A DNA stretch of 61,606 nucleotides, filler included, from Nitrospinota bacterium (GTDB lineage: Bacteria; JAUXIQ01): assembly GCA_030620925.1 (NCBI GenBank). It is 14 parts of 14 records of this genome, joined end to end, with 100 filler letters (N's around TTAATTAATTAA, not from the genome) between each part and the next. Parts side by side here need not be neighbours in the genome. Positions count along the whole stretch, not along the records: positions 10,603 to 14,637 come from JAUXIQ010000262.1; positions 14,738 to 17,569 come from JAUXIQ010000402.1; positions 17,670 to 21,323 come from JAUXIQ010000294.1; positions 21,424 to 24,737 come from JAUXIQ010000331.1; 10 more parts are not named here. The stretch is one strand, 5' to 3'. A model generated the notes under the pieces. That model was not told the DNA's origin and did no database searches. It saw only the letters and a list, made by a program, of their open reading frames with translations. The first letter of the stretch is position 1, and each line of letters begins with the position of its first letter. Positions 12,182 through 22,603 of the stretch are shown here, piece after piece. A program made the position numbers and the translations under genes.

Positions 12182-13435
12182 ATGAAAACAGAACGCATCG
12201 AGCTCTCTTATGGTTCCGGCACTATTCCGATCCATATACCCGAAGACAGGCTGGCGGGAGTCTACAGGCCCAGGGAAGTGGAATACCCGTCGGTTGAAGA
12301 GCTGGAAAAAGCCGTCGGGGAGTCGGATGTAAGTCAGTTTTGCAGGGGTATGAACGTCAGCATCTTACTGGAGGACGAGACGCGAGGCAATTTGCAGGAG
12401 AGATACCTTGAAGCTCTCCTGCCCGCTCTGGCAGGTGCTAAACAGGTTAAGGCTATCGTCGCCACCGGCTCGCACGACCATTCGAGCGTAGGCAATCTGA
12501 AGCTCGCCGGCAATATTAAGAAGCGGCTCGATCAGTCCCGGATAGATAACGGCGTATACATTAACGATTGCAGGGATTCGGAATTCTCCTATTACGGGAA
12601 AACGTCTTACGGGACGGAGGTGCGCCTTAATTCGCAGGCCGACGATGCGGAAACGGTTATCCTCCCCAGCACCATGAAACCTCACTATTTTGCGGGTTAC
12701 TCGAATCCGGTAAAGAATATCATGCCGGGGATGGCCTGCTTTAAAACGATCGAGCAGAACCACAGCCTGGCGCTGGAAAAAGAATCGACGTTCTGCAGGC
12801 ATCCTCTCCATCCCGATGAAAAGCGGAGGGGCAACCCCGTTGCGGAAGACATGATGGAGGCAGCGGCCCTTTACTTGAAAGACAGACGTTCTGTCGCCTT
12901 GGCGGTGGCGGGCCGCCACGTCTTTGTGGGGGATATACCACGGGCGGCTTCCAGCGGCATGAGCAAAGTGGATGAGCTGATGGGATTTTCCGTGGCCCCT
13001 GAAAAATATGTTATCGTCTCGCCGGGCAAGGATTATGAGGGTGCAGACCTTTATCGCGCCCAGCGGGGGCTTGAGCTGACGAAGTATGCCGTTCGTGATG
13101 GGGGGGAGGTGCTTTTAGTCGCCGAGATGGCCGGAGGGATTACGTATGACGAAACGACGCGCCTGAATTTTCACGACAGGTTGAAGACCCCCGGAAAGAT
13201 ACCCGCAAAAAGGGAAGAATACGTGCTCTATTCCCATAAGGCGGTGAAGCTCAATGAATACGTAAACCGCGTTGACAAAATTAATGTTTTCTCTTCCCTC
13301 GATGACGCCGTTCTTGAAGATATCAGGATGGCCCCTGCGAAGAACTGCCAGCATTTAGTCGACGCCTGGCTGGCGAAAGATACTGATTCAAAAATTCTCG
13401 TCTTCGATCACGCCAACAGGCTCGCCGTTTATTAG
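12182..13435 (+). CDS. Lactate racemase (LarA)-family protein
   Basis: DETR, ATGSH, PHYFAGYSNPVKNIMPG, NH and NPVAEDM motifs of LarA/DUF2088 proteins. Confidence 0.8.
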   Translation: MKTERIELSYGSGTIPIHIPEDRLAGVYRPREVEYPSVEELEKAVGESDVSQFCRGMNVSILLEDETRGNLQERYLEALLPALAGAKQVKAIVATGSHDHSSVGNLKLAGNIKKRLDQSRIDNGVYINDCRDSEFSYYGKTSYGTEVRLNSQADDAETVILPSTMKPHYFAGYSNPVKNIMPGMACFKTIEQNHSLALEKESTFCRHPLHPDEKRRGNPVAEDMMEAAALYLKDRRSVALAVAGRHVFVGDIPRAASSGMSKVDELMGFSVAPEKYVIVSPGKDYEGADLYRAQRGLELTKYAVRDGGEVLLVAEMAGGITYDETTRLNFHDRLKTPGKIPAKREEYVLYSHKAVKLNEYVNRVDKINVFSSLDDAVLEDIRMAPAKNCQHLVDAWLAKDTDSKILVFDHANRLAVY

Positions 13436-13532
13436 AAATAATAGCCCTTTGTCCTGCGTGCGTTGCGCATTACGCGGCCTTCTCCTTTATTCGTTGTCGT
13501 TTAATGCCTGATGCAGGGCTCACCTGACCGGC

Positions 13533-13562
13533 TTGACGCTCATGGAGACCCGAGAATATAAT
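13533..13562 (+). promoter_or_regulatory. Sigma70-type promoter upstream of the glycosyltransferase
   Basis: TTGACG-N18-TATAAT. Confidence 0.6.
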
Positions 13563-13674
13563 GTGAGCCGACAAAAGAGCCGATAACTTTTAAGCCGGTG
13601 CTCTGTAGTTAAAGGGCGAGGCCCGGGATTTCAAGTTGTAGCAGGATGAGGAGTTACAGGCGGCTGCCGGGAAA

Positions 13675-14409
13675 ATGGATGCAGTTATCGTAATACCGAC
13701 ATATAACGAGGCGGAGAATATAAAAAAACTGCTCGATGAGATTTTTTCATTGGGTCTGGACCTGGATGTAGTAGTCGTTGACGACTCTTCACCGGATAAG
13801 ACGGCGGATGCAGTCGAGCAATTGCGCAGCAGCAACAGCAGGATACATTTAATCAGACGCGACAAACCGAAAAGCTTCGGGGAGTCGTATAAAGACGGTT
13901 TCGAATATGCCTTGAGCCTGGACCCGAAGTATATTTTTCAGATGGACGCCGACCTTTCTCACCCTCCCGAGTTTATCCCCGATTTTTTAGCGAATATCCC
14001 CGACAACGATCTGATAATCGGTTCCAGGTATTTAAACGGTATACGCATCATAAACTGGTCCATCAGGAGGCTGCTGTTGAGTCTGTTTGCCAACAAGTAC
14101 GTGAAATTCGTGCTGGGCCTCCCCTTCGAAGACTGCACCAGCGGTTTCAGGTGCTGGAAGGCGGAGGCGCTGAAGGGTATCCGTATGAGCCGCGTTTCCT
14201 CAAACGGGTACGCTTTCCTCGTCGAGATGGCCTATCTCGCGCATAAGAATGGATATGTCGTAAAGGAGATTCCCATAATATTTGTGGAACGAAGGGTCGG
14301 GGCTTCGAAGATGTCCTCGAAGCTGATGTTCGAATCCGGCCTGCTTCCCTGGAGGCTTTTGTTGAGGAGTATTTTTTTCAAGGCCTCCCTATCCGGGGAA
14401 AACGAATAA
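13675..14409 (+). CDS. Polyprenol monophosphomannose synthase-like GT2 glycosyltransferase
   Basis: IPTYNEAENI, VDDSSPDKT, QMDADLSH, DCTSGFRC, FVERRVGASKMS. Confidence 0.9.
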   Translation: MDAVIVIPTYNEAENIKKLLDEIFSLGLDLDVVVVDDSSPDKTADAVEQLRSSNSRIHLIRRDKPKSFGESYKDGFEYALSLDPKYIFQMDADLSHPPEFIPDFLANIPDNDLIIGSRYLNGIRIINWSIRRLLLSLFANKYVKFVLGLPFEDCTSGFRCWKAEALKGIRMSRVSSNGYAFLVEMAYLAHKNGYVVKEIPIIFVERRVGASKMSSKLMFESGLLPWRLLLRSIFFKASLSGENE

Positions 14410-14479
14410 GCAGGGGCGGCCCCGCGTTCGGCGGGATGAAAACCGCCCCTGTTGGGCAGAGGCTCTTGATGCATATCAA

Positions 14480-14620
14480 TCGTAGGGGCGAGCGGCGGCT
14501 CGCCCTTACCAGTCGCGGCAAGATGCCGCTCCTACAAGAGCTAGGTAGGGCGCCTTCCTGACGCGATTGTAGGGGCAGGTCTCGTGCCTGCCCAGGGCGA
14601 TCACAAGGATCGCCCCTACG
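14480..14620. repeat. REP-like palindrome cluster
   Basis: GTAGGGGCGAGCGGCGGCTCGCCC, GCGGCAAGATGCCGCTCCTAC, GGGCGATCACAAGGATCGCCCCTAC. Confidence 0.8.
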
Positions 14621-14737
14621 AGATGTTGCCCGGAACANNNNNNNNNNNNNNNNNNNNNNNNNNNNNNNNNNNNNNNNNNNNTTAATTAATTAANNNNNNN
14701 NNNNNNNNNNNNNNNNNNNNNNNNNNNNNNNNNNNNN

Positions 14738-14763
14738 GCCTGAACTGGAACGACGCCCATTGA
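14738..14763 (+). CDS. Probable last codons of DNA polymerase I
   Basis: LNWNDAH* resembles the GxNWxxAH* terminus of PolA; only 7 residues are visible. Confidence 0.45.
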
Positions 14764-15024
14764 AGCCGTCTACGATGCCGGGGGAACTCTTTTGTAAAGC
14801 TTCTTTTCAGCTTTGCTGCGATACTTTGATCAGGCAAAGTCCCCCCTTCCTTGATGGGAGGGGAAAAAGGGGAGGGTGAAAATGGGCGAGCAGCGCTCGC
14901 CCCCTACACCGCACCGAACATTGTCATTCTGAGCCCTGCTCGACGCGAAACTTAGAATGACAGAATGTGCTGGTTTTTCTTTTTTAAATTGGGCAAGGCG
15001 AGCCTTGCCCGGATGGTCTGAGCC

Positions 15025-17154
15025 ATGGCTGAATATTTCAACGAAAAGAAGATACTCGATTTCGTCAAAAACTCCGGGCGTTCCGGAGTTTCTTTGAGCG
15101 CAATAAACCGGCGGCTGGGCGTTCCCGCCAGAGAGCGAAAATCTCTGCGGCGGATGCTGCAAAGGATGTCGGCGGCGGGTATGATAGAAAAGAGGCCGGA
15201 CGGCAAGTACGGCCTCCCTTCGCGCTCCAGGGTGATCGTGGGCAAAGTCCACGGCAAACAGCAGGGCTACGCCTTCGTTGAGTCGGAAGACGGGGTTACG
15301 GAAGACGTTTACGTCCGGGGGGAGAACCTCGCCGACGCCATGCACAGGGACAGGGTGGAAGTGCAGGTCATCGCCTGGAAGAGCGGGGGCAGGATGGAGG
15401 GCAGGGTGAGCCGTGTCCTCGAGCGGGGCAATGAGGATGTGGTCGGTTATTACGAGACGGAGGGGAAGGTGGCACGCGTGGTTCCCGCCGAACGTAAGAT
15501 CGTTCACCAGATTCACATACCTCACAAGGAGAGGCACGGGGCGCGGAAGGGGGATGTTGTCCTGGCCCGGATTACCGAGTACCCCAAAGAGGGCGGAATG
15601 CCCAGGGGGAAAGTGATGGAAGTCCTGGGCAAACCCCAGACGGAAGACATAGAAATTCAGGTCATCATACATAAACATGACATCCCCCACGAATTTTCCC
15701 CCGGGACGATGGAAGAAGCTGCGGAATGTCCTGCCGAGGTGAGTGAGGAACAGCTCGCCGACAGGGAAGACTTGAGGGACGAGCTCCTTTTCACCATCGA
15801 CGGCGAGGATGCGCGGGATTTCGACGACGCCGTATCACTGGAACGACTGAGCAACGGCAACCTGCTCCTGGGGGTTCACATCGCAGACGTGAGCCACTAC
15901 GTGCTGCCGGGGGGCGCGCTGGACAGAGAGGCGCGAAACCGCGGCACCAGCGTCTATTTCCCCGACAGGGTTATACCCATGCTCCCTCCACAGCTTTCCA
16001 ACGAAATATGCAGCCTCAAACCGGAAGTCGACCGCCTCGCGTTGAGCGCTTTCATGGAGCTGACCGATAAAGGCGAGTTGCGCGGCCACCGCGTAGCCGA
16101 GAGCGTCATCAGAAGCAAGGCCCGCCTCACCTACACCATCGCCAATCAGCTTATTTCCGGAGATAAAAGGGGTGCGGCGAAGAAATTTGCCCATTTGCGA
16201 GGCGCGCTGAAAGTGATGGCCGACCTGGCAATGACCCTCCGCATGAACAGGATGTGGGCGGGCAGCATGGATTTCGACCTGCCCGAGCCGGAGGTGGTGT
16301 TCGATGTTGAGGGGGGCATGCAGAGCATCGTCCGCGCCGAGCGGAACACGGCTCATCAGCTCATCGAAGAATTCATGCTCATGGCTAACAAGACGGTGGC
16401 GGCCCATATATCCGAATCGGGCGTGCCCTCAGTTTACAGAACCCACGAGAAGCCCGACCCGAAGAAACTGACGGAGTTCGCCGAGTTCGCTCGCAGCATG
16501 GGCTATAAAACCGACGGTGTAGAAAGCGGGAACTCCAGGGAGCTCCAGCGCCTGCTCGATGAGGCGGCGGATAAACCGGAGGAGCTGATAATCAACAACC
16601 TTTTGCTGCGCTCCATGATGCAGGCCAAATATACCGTTAATAACATCGGCCACTTCGCCCTGGCCTTCGACTGCTACACCCATTTCACCTCTCCCATCCG
16701 GCGCTATCCCGATCTCGTGATCCACCGCATCCTCAAGCTGCTGCGGCGCAGCGGCCCCGCCAAGGCCAAGAAAGAAGGGCTCTTCGATGGGTTGGGAAAC
16801 GTAGCCGAACATTCGTCATACAGGGAGCGCGCTGCGGTAGAGGCCGAGCGCGAGGTGATGAAGTTGATGAGCGCCGAGCTCATGATGGGCCATCTGGGGG
16901 AAGAGTTCGACGGCGTCGTTATCGGCATTATCTCCAGCGGGCTGTTCATCGAGCTCGAACAGTTCTTCATCGAAGGGTTCATCCACGTCACGGAGCTGAA
17001 AGACGACTACTATTTTCTCGACGAAGGCACACATGCCCTGGTGGGCGAGAGAAAGGGGCGTGTTTACAAAATTGGAGACAGGGTCCGCGCCCAGGTGGCC
17101 AACGTGAATATCCAGCAGCGACACATCGATCTGTCCCTGGTGAGCAAGCTCTGA
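15025..17154 (+). CDS. rnr: Ribonuclease R
   Basis: FTIDGEDARDFDDA, HIADVSHYV, IEEFMLMAN, HFTSPIRRYPDL and C-terminal S1 domain; upstream of smpB. Confidence 0.95.
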   Translation: MAEYFNEKKILDFVKNSGRSGVSLSAINRRLGVPARERKSLRRMLQRMSAAGMIEKRPDGKYGLPSRSRVIVGKVHGKQQGYAFVESEDGVTEDVYVRGENLADAMHRDRVEVQVIAWKSGGRMEGRVSRVLERGNEDVVGYYETEGKVARVVPAERKIVHQIHIPHKERHGARKGDVVLARITEYPKEGGMPRGKVMEVLGKPQTEDIEIQVIIHKHDIPHEFSPGTMEEAAECPAEVSEEQLADREDLRDELLFTIDGEDARDFDDAVSLERLSNGNLLLGVHIADVSHYVLPGGALDREARNRGTSVYFPDRVIPMLPPQLSNEICSLKPEVDRLALSAFMELTDKGELRGHRVAESVIRSKARLTYTIANQLISGDKRGAAKKFAHLRGALKVMADLAMTLRMNRMWAGSMDFDLPEPEVVFDVEGGMQSIVRAERNTAHQLIEEFMLMANKTVAAHISESGVPSVYRTHEKPDPKKLTEFAEFARSMGYKTDGVESGNSRELQRLLDEAADKPEELIINNLLLRSMMQAKYTVNNIGHFALAFDCYTHFTSPIRRYPDLVIHRILKLLRRSGPAKAKKEGLFDGLGNVAEHSSYRERAAVEAEREVMKLMSAELMMGHLGEEFDGVVIGIISSGLFIELEQFFIEGFIHVTELKDDYYFLDEGTHALVGERKGRVYKIGDRVRAQVANVNIQQRHIDLSLVSKL

Positions 17155-17168
17155 CGGCGCGACCGGCC

Positions 17169-17197
17169 TTGCAAAAAAGTTTGCCCGGTTCTATAAT
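17169..17197 (+). promoter_or_regulatory. Sigma70-type promoter upstream of smpB
   Basis: TTGCAA-N17-TATAAT. Confidence 0.65.
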
Positions 17198-17292
17198 TAT
17201 CTAAAGAGCAATTTCCTGAATATTACTGAGAAATCTCACCGGGATCGGTTAATTAACGTTTGTTAAACTCATGAAATTGTCATTTTAAGGCT

Positions 17293-17569
17293 ATGGCCGG
17301 AGAAAAAATAGTTTGCACAAACAAAAAGGCCCGCCACGATTATAGTATCGAAGAGACCTATGAGGCGGGAATGGTGTTGACCGGCACGGAGTTTAAATCC
17401 TTGAGGAACGGCCGGGCAAACCTGAAGGACAGCTACGCCCGGGTGACGGATGGGGAGGTGTTCCTCGTAAGCTGCTACATCAGCCCTTACGAAATGGGCA
17501 ACAGTTCCAACCACGAGCCGGAGCGTGCCCGGAAACTCCTGCTCCACAAACGAGAGATAAAACGCCTCA
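17293..17569 (+). CDS. smpB: SsrA-binding protein (3'-truncated)
   Basis: [33 protein letters not shown]. Confidence 0.97.
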
Positions 17570-17789
17570 NNNNNNNNNNNNNNNNNNNNNNNNNNNNNNN
17601 NNNNNNNNNNNNNTTAATTAATTAANNNNNNNNNNNNNNNNNNNNNNNNNNNNNNNNNNNNNNNNNNNNAGGCGAGATTCTTCGCCCCCCGGAAGGCGGG
17701 CCCTTCGCCCGCTCGAGGGCAAGACTCAGAATGACAGCGCAAGATGCTTCTCGTATACCCCGTGACGCAGGATGCTTCTGGGTGCCGGG

Positions 17790-18309
17790 CAATTGTTTCA
17801 TGTAAGTTTTTCTGACTCCGTTGAAGAATTCTATGCTCCGTGGGTCCCTGTAATCGGGGTAGGTCCACTCAAGGGTTGTGAATGTCCCTTCACGGAACAG
17901 GTAGACGAGATCGGCGTAGATGCCGTCCCTGAGGTAGGGTCTGTGGCTATATTCTTTGGTAGTTGCCAGTATGAGGTTCGCCGGAGAGAGATAACCGGGG
18001 TCCAGGTTCACCGCCCTGCGCTTTGTATCCGGAGCGGCCAGCTCTTTTTCCAGGGCGTTGGTGATGAGCTTAATATCGGGCAGAAGCGTGGGTTGAATAA
18101 GGTCATGAAAGCTCACGAACTTCCGTGTGAGACCGGCGCCCATTTCTTTCCGGTAGTAGTCGGTGAAATCGAAGGGGAAGGGGGTACACTCCATGTCCGG
18201 CGCCGAAGCGTTGGGTCATGGAATCGAGCGCGTCCTCAGCATCGGGCCTGCAGGTGTAAATCAGGCCCAGAATGAATTTTACAGGTTGCGGTTGGGTGGG
18301 AGTTCCCAT
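17790..18309 (-). pseudogene. DUF4416-family protein, frameshifted near 18200, with no stop at the expected end
   Basis: The N-terminus (MGTPTQPQPVKFILG..QRFG) and the body (FDFTDYYRKEMG, NLDPGYL, LATTKEYSHRPYL, WTYPDY) are in different frames. Confidence 0.7.
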
Positions 18310-18322
18310 TTCGACGTAGGTG

Positions 18323-18601
18323 CTAAAATTCTATGGAGAATTGTTGGAATTGACCGGTGGGCTCGGACCATTTTACCTCGACCCTGTCAACCCTTGCCCC
18401 CGGCGGCCCCTCATGGCACCACTCGATCAGTGTATCTATGGCTTCCTTTTCACCTTCGGCCGTGATTCCGACGCTGCCGTCCATTTCGTTCCGCACCCAG
18501 CCGGTGAGTCCCAGAGCGGCGGCCTGCTGCTGAGTATCGGCTCGATAGAATACGCCCTGGACGATCCCGGTGACGATTATATCAGCTCTAACAAGAGACA
18601 T
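18323..18601 (-). CDS. acyP: Acylphosphatase
   Basis: GIVQGVFYR, LTGWVRN, GPPGARV. Confidence 0.95.
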   Translation of the reverse strand: MSLVRADIIVTGIVQGVFYRADTQQQAAALGLTGWVRNEMDGSVGITAEGEKEAIDTLIEWCHEGPPGARVDRVEVKWSEPTGQFQQFSIEF

Positions 18602-18783
18602 GGCTCGATTTAATGATCTATCTGCTTGGGAAATAGTTTAATCGCGCCTGGAAGGCGCTTCTACCTGGCTTAGGAGCGGTATCTTGCCGCGATTTTACAA
18701 GGATCGGCAAGTTAACTTAATTTAATCGTCTTGCGGTGTTCCTTTCGGAACATAAAGGGTTATGATGATTTAAACCATCTGCT

Positions 18784-19530
18784 CTAGAGGCTTTTGCCTT
18801 TGAGCGCGCTTTCTATCTCGGAACAAATCTGGTCCGCCGCCTGTGCGGGGTATGCGGCGTCCCTTATGGGGCGGCCCACCACGATGAAATCGGCCCCCGC
18901 TTCTATCGCCTTAGCAGGGGTGGCGGCGCGTTTGTGGTCGTCCTTCTTCGCTTCGAGGGGTCTTACGCCCGGAGTGGCCACAATAAACTCGCCCTTGATG
19001 CCGAATTTGATGCCCATAATCTCCTCCGGCGACGCCACGACGCCGTCCATGCCCGCTTCTTTGCTGAGACGGGCAAGGTTGAAGACGGCTTCCTTGCTCT
19101 TGAAGCTGAAGCCGACTTTGCGCAGGGCGTCATCATCCATGCTGGTGAGGATGGTCACGGCAAGCATGATGGGCGGCTGGGAGCTGCCTGTTTTATGAAC
19201 GGCGTCTGCCGCGGCGCGCATCATATCCCGGCCTCCGGAGGCGTGCACGTTGAACATATATACGCCGGTTTCAGCGGCCCAACGTGCCGCATGGGCGACG
19301 GTAGTGGGGATATCGTGGAACTTGAGGTCCAGGAAGCATTTGGCCCCCTGCCGGTGAAGCTCTTCCACTATGGCGGGGCCTTCTCTGGTGAAGAGCTGAA
19401 AACCGACTTTGAAGGCTCCCACGTGGTCTTTCAGCCCGCTGATGAGTTCCCGCGCTCGGCCACCATCGCTCACGTCAAGCGCGAAGATGAGCCTATTCCT
19501 CGGTTCCAGCTCCCTGGTGTTCACTGTCAT
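18784..19530 (-). CDS. pyrF: Orotidine-5'-phosphate decarboxylase
   Basis: LIFALDV, FLDLKFHDIPTTV, VTILTS, TPGVR, VVGRPI; start is 19530 or 19554. Confidence 0.95.
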   Translation of the reverse strand: MTVNTRELEPRNRLIFALDVSDGGRARELISGLKDHVGAFKVGFQLFTREGPAIVEELHRQGAKCFLDLKFHDIPTTVAHAARWAAETGVYMFNVHASGGRDMMRAAADAVHKTGSSQPPIMLAVTILTSMDDDALRKVGFSFKSKEAVFNLARLSKEAGMDGVVASPEEIMGIKFGIKGEFIVATPGVRPLEAKKDDHKRAATPAKAIEAGADFIVVGRPIRDAAYPAQAADQICSEIESALKGKSL

Positions 19531-20278
19531 CTGTACTCTCTTCTGTGGATTCATCCTCGGCCCTTGGTCTCGAGGTAATCTTGGAGGCTATGATGCTGAT
19601 TTCGTACAGGGCGTAGAGTGGTCCGGCCATCATGAGCTGTGTGAAGACATCCGGCGGCGTCAGAACGGCCCCAACGATAAACATGATCAGTATGGCGTAT
19701 TTCCTGTTGGCGGCTAACGATTCGGGGGTGACCACCCCGATCTTGGTCAGGAAAATCATGACCAGGGGGAGTTCGAAAACGGCCCCGAAGCCCAGCAGCA
19801 GCTTGGTTACGAAGGCGACGTAGTCGGACAATCTGAAGGCATTGGTTTCTATGGCCTCGGGAGCGAAGCGCTGAAGGAACTTCAGTCCCAAGGGGAGTAT
19901 GGCGAAGTAGCAGAACACCGCCCCGGTGAAGAAGAGGAAGGTTGCGATGATGACGAAGAGGACGGTGTGTTTTTTCTCGTGCTCGTAGAGGCCGGGAGCC
20001 ACAAACTTCCATATCTGGTGCAGTATAACGGGCATGGCCAGCAGAACCCCGGTGAAGAAAGAGACCTTGAGGATGGTTATGAATGCCTCGGTGGGGGCCA
20101 GCGCCATCAGTTGGCCCGGAAAAGGTCTTTTAAGAATGAGAAGGATTTCCTCCGCATAGGAGTAGCTCACGCCGAAGCCTATCCCGATGGCGATGAAGAC
20201 TATGATCAGCCTTTTTCGGAGTTCTTCCAGGTGGGTCATGAAGGGTAATTTATCTTCATTCATATCAGCGGTTGTCAT
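19493..20278 (-). CDS. tatC: Twin-arginine translocase subunit TatC
   Basis: HLEELRKRL, FVAPGLYEHEK, FELP, LTPPD. Confidence 0.96.
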   Translation of the reverse strand: MTTADMNEDKLPFMTHLEELRKRLIIVFIAIGIGFGVSYSYAEEILLILKRPFPGQLMALAPTEAFITILKVSFFTGVLLAMPVILHQIWKFVAPGLYEHEKKHTVLFVIIATFLFFTGAVFCYFAILPLGLKFLQRFAPEAIETNAFRLSDYVAFVTKLLLGFGAVFELPLVMIFLTKIGVVTPESLAANRKYAILIMFIVGAVLTPPDVFTQLMMAGPLYALYEISIIASKITSRPRAEDESTEESTDDSEHQGAGTEE

Positions 20279-20765
20279 CTTCTATCCCATCCCTGGAGGT
20301 ATCGGTTGGATCGGTGTCTTTTTCTGTCCGCTCGTCAGGAGTTTTTACTTCCTGGTTTTCGCTCGTCTGGTCTATGGGGGTGTCGTGGGTTGGATTTTGC
20401 TCCGGGATGTTTTCCGCCGTCTGCAGCGTTTCGGAGTCGGGCTCGTCGTCATTTTTCTGGTCGTTTTCATGAAAACTGGAAGAGCTTATTTCTTTTGTGT
20501 CCAAGCCCGTATCGTCTTCGTATTCATCCATGTCTTCGAATTCGATGTCGGTTTCTAAAGAGCGTTTGGCGTCGTTTATGCTCTCCTTGAAATCGCTGAT
20601 GTCCACTTCGCCGCCTATGTTATCGCGCAGTTCCTGTGCCGCCCGCTTGAACTCTGCGTATCCCCTGCCCAGAGATTTTGCGATGCCCGGGAGCTTAGTG
20701 GGGCCCAATACGATCAGGGCCAGTATCAAGACTAACATAAGCTCCCAGGTGCCTATGCCGAACAT
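20265..20765 (-). CDS. tatB: Twin-arginine translocase subunit TatB (TatA/B family)
   Basis: MFGIGTWELMLVLILALIVLGPTKLP with a long acidic tail, directly upstream of tatC. Confidence 0.85.
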   Translation of the reverse strand: MFGIGTWELMLVLILALIVLGPTKLPGIAKSLGRGYAEFKRAAQELRDNIGGEVDISDFKESINDAKRSLETDIEFEDMDEYEDDTGLDTKEISSSSFHENDQKNDDEPDSETLQTAENIPEQNPTHDTPIDQTSENQEVKTPDERTEKDTDPTDTSRDGIEDDNR

Positions 20766-21009
20766 GATATTTTTGCCTTTCGCCGTTATCAAAAGGAAAA
20801 GAGCAAAGACGTCGTCTGTAAGTGCCCATATTCATTCAGATATTTAGTCAATTCTAAAAAATATAGCAGAAGGCAGGGGCTTTATCAAGCTAATTATATT
20901 TTCGTTGCGATCCCACAATGGAGCATGACAGGGGCGGGGTGTAGCGTATTGCAAGATTGTGCCTGCCTTGTTGAAATGACCCTGCTAGACCATGAGTTAT
21001 TGTGGCATC

Positions 21010-21303
21010 ATCGCGGTCCCGCCTGCCGCGGGATGCCGCTCCTACAAAAGCCAGGTAGTCCCGCGGAACGCGGGACAGGCGCGACCGTAGGGGCAGGTCT
21101 CGTGCCTGCCCAAGACGCGGGACTGCCCTGCCCTAAAAATTGGGCGGCCGTGGGGGCGGGTTTCAAACCCGCCCACCAGGATGATGGAAATTTGCGAAGG
21201 GCAGGTTTGAAACCTGCCCCTACTGGACGTTATAGAGAACGTTGAGGGTCGTAGAAGCGAATCTTGTATTCGTCCCGGGCGATCATTCCGCCGCACGCGG
21301 GAC
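21010..21303. repeat. REP-like palindrome cluster
   Basis: GGGGCGGGTTTCAAACCCGCCC, GGGCAGGTTTGAAACCTGCCCCTAC, GTAGGGGCAGGTCTCGTGCCTGCCCA and several 19-bp hairpin modules. Confidence 0.8.
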
Positions 21304-21423
21304 GCTCCTGCATGGGAGACGTCNNNNNNNNNNNNNNNNNNNNNNNNNNNNNNNNNNNNNNNNNNNNTTAATTAATTAANNNNNNNNNNNNNNNNNNNNN
21401 NNNNNNNNNNNNNNNNNNNNNNN

Positions 21424-22603
21424 CAGCGCCCCCATACCCACCATGGCGTAAGCGCCGGAGCCCGCGGTAAACTGGGGTGAAATGGCGTGAACCACAAGTC
21501 CCCATGGCCCCGCCCATCATGGCGCCTATAAACAGCGAAGGAGCGAAGACTCCCCCCGAACCCCCGGAACCCAGCGTAAGGCTGGTGGCAATGATTTTGG
21601 CGAACATCAGCCCTACCAGCAGTGCTATAGGTAGCTGCGCAATCAATGCTTGATCCACGGCATCGTAGCCGGTGCCATATACATGGGGAAGGAATATTCC
21701 TATTACTCCCAGGGCAAGCCCTCCCAGCGCGGGCCTCATGTATTCAGGCAGACGCAGTTTTTCAAAGTAGTCCTCCACCCTGTACAGCGTCCTAACGAAC
21801 AGGTAACCCACCGAGCCCGCCACCACTCCCAGAATCAGATAGGGAATGAACTCCCAGGCGCTTATCAACTGATAGGGGAGCACCGTGAATGCCGGGGAGT
21901 CGCCCAGGTAATGGCGGGAGATTACAGTGGCCGTCACCGACGAGACCACTATGGGGCTGAAACTGGTGTATCGGAAATCACCCAGCAATATTTCCACCGA
22001 AAAGAGCGCCCCGGCGATGGGTGCGTTAAAGGTGGCCGCTATTCCCGCCGCCGCCCCGCAGCCCACGAACGTCTTGAGGTTCCTTCCCGATACTTTGAAT
22101 ATCTGGCCCACTGAAGAGCCCACCGCGGAACCTATCTGGGCTATGGGCCCTTCCCTGCCCACCGCGGAACCTGAGCCGATGCAGATGGACGAAGCCAGCG
22201 CTTTGACGAAAACCACCCTGGGCCTGATGATTCCGCCCCTGATAGCCACCGACTCTATGACTTCAGGGACGCCGTGCCCCCTGGCTTCCCGGGCCAGCTT
22301 ATAAATCAAGACACCCACCAGCAGCCCCCCGATCATGGGCAAAAACAGGCGGTGAGACCAGTGCACGGACTGGAGCACGGTCAACATAGTGCTATCCCCG
22401 CCATAGAGGAGGGTGCCGAAAAATTTAATGAGCAGCCTGAACCCCACCGCACCGTATCCGCCCAGGATACCTATGGCTATGGCCATGGTGATGACGAAGG
22501 CATGGTCGGTCTTATTGAACCGTCTCAGTATATTTATAATAGTCGGGAAATGGGTTTTGAGCAGGTTCCACTGCGGGGCCCGCTCTTCACTTACTTCATT
22601 CAA
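21424..22603 (-). CDS. CLC chloride channel/transporter (3'-truncated; apparent frameshift near 21501)
   Basis: GHGVPEV, GREGP, FNAPIAG, GGSGGVFAPSL. The conserved GAYAMVGMGA continues in another frame after a GGGG run. Confidence 0.9.
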
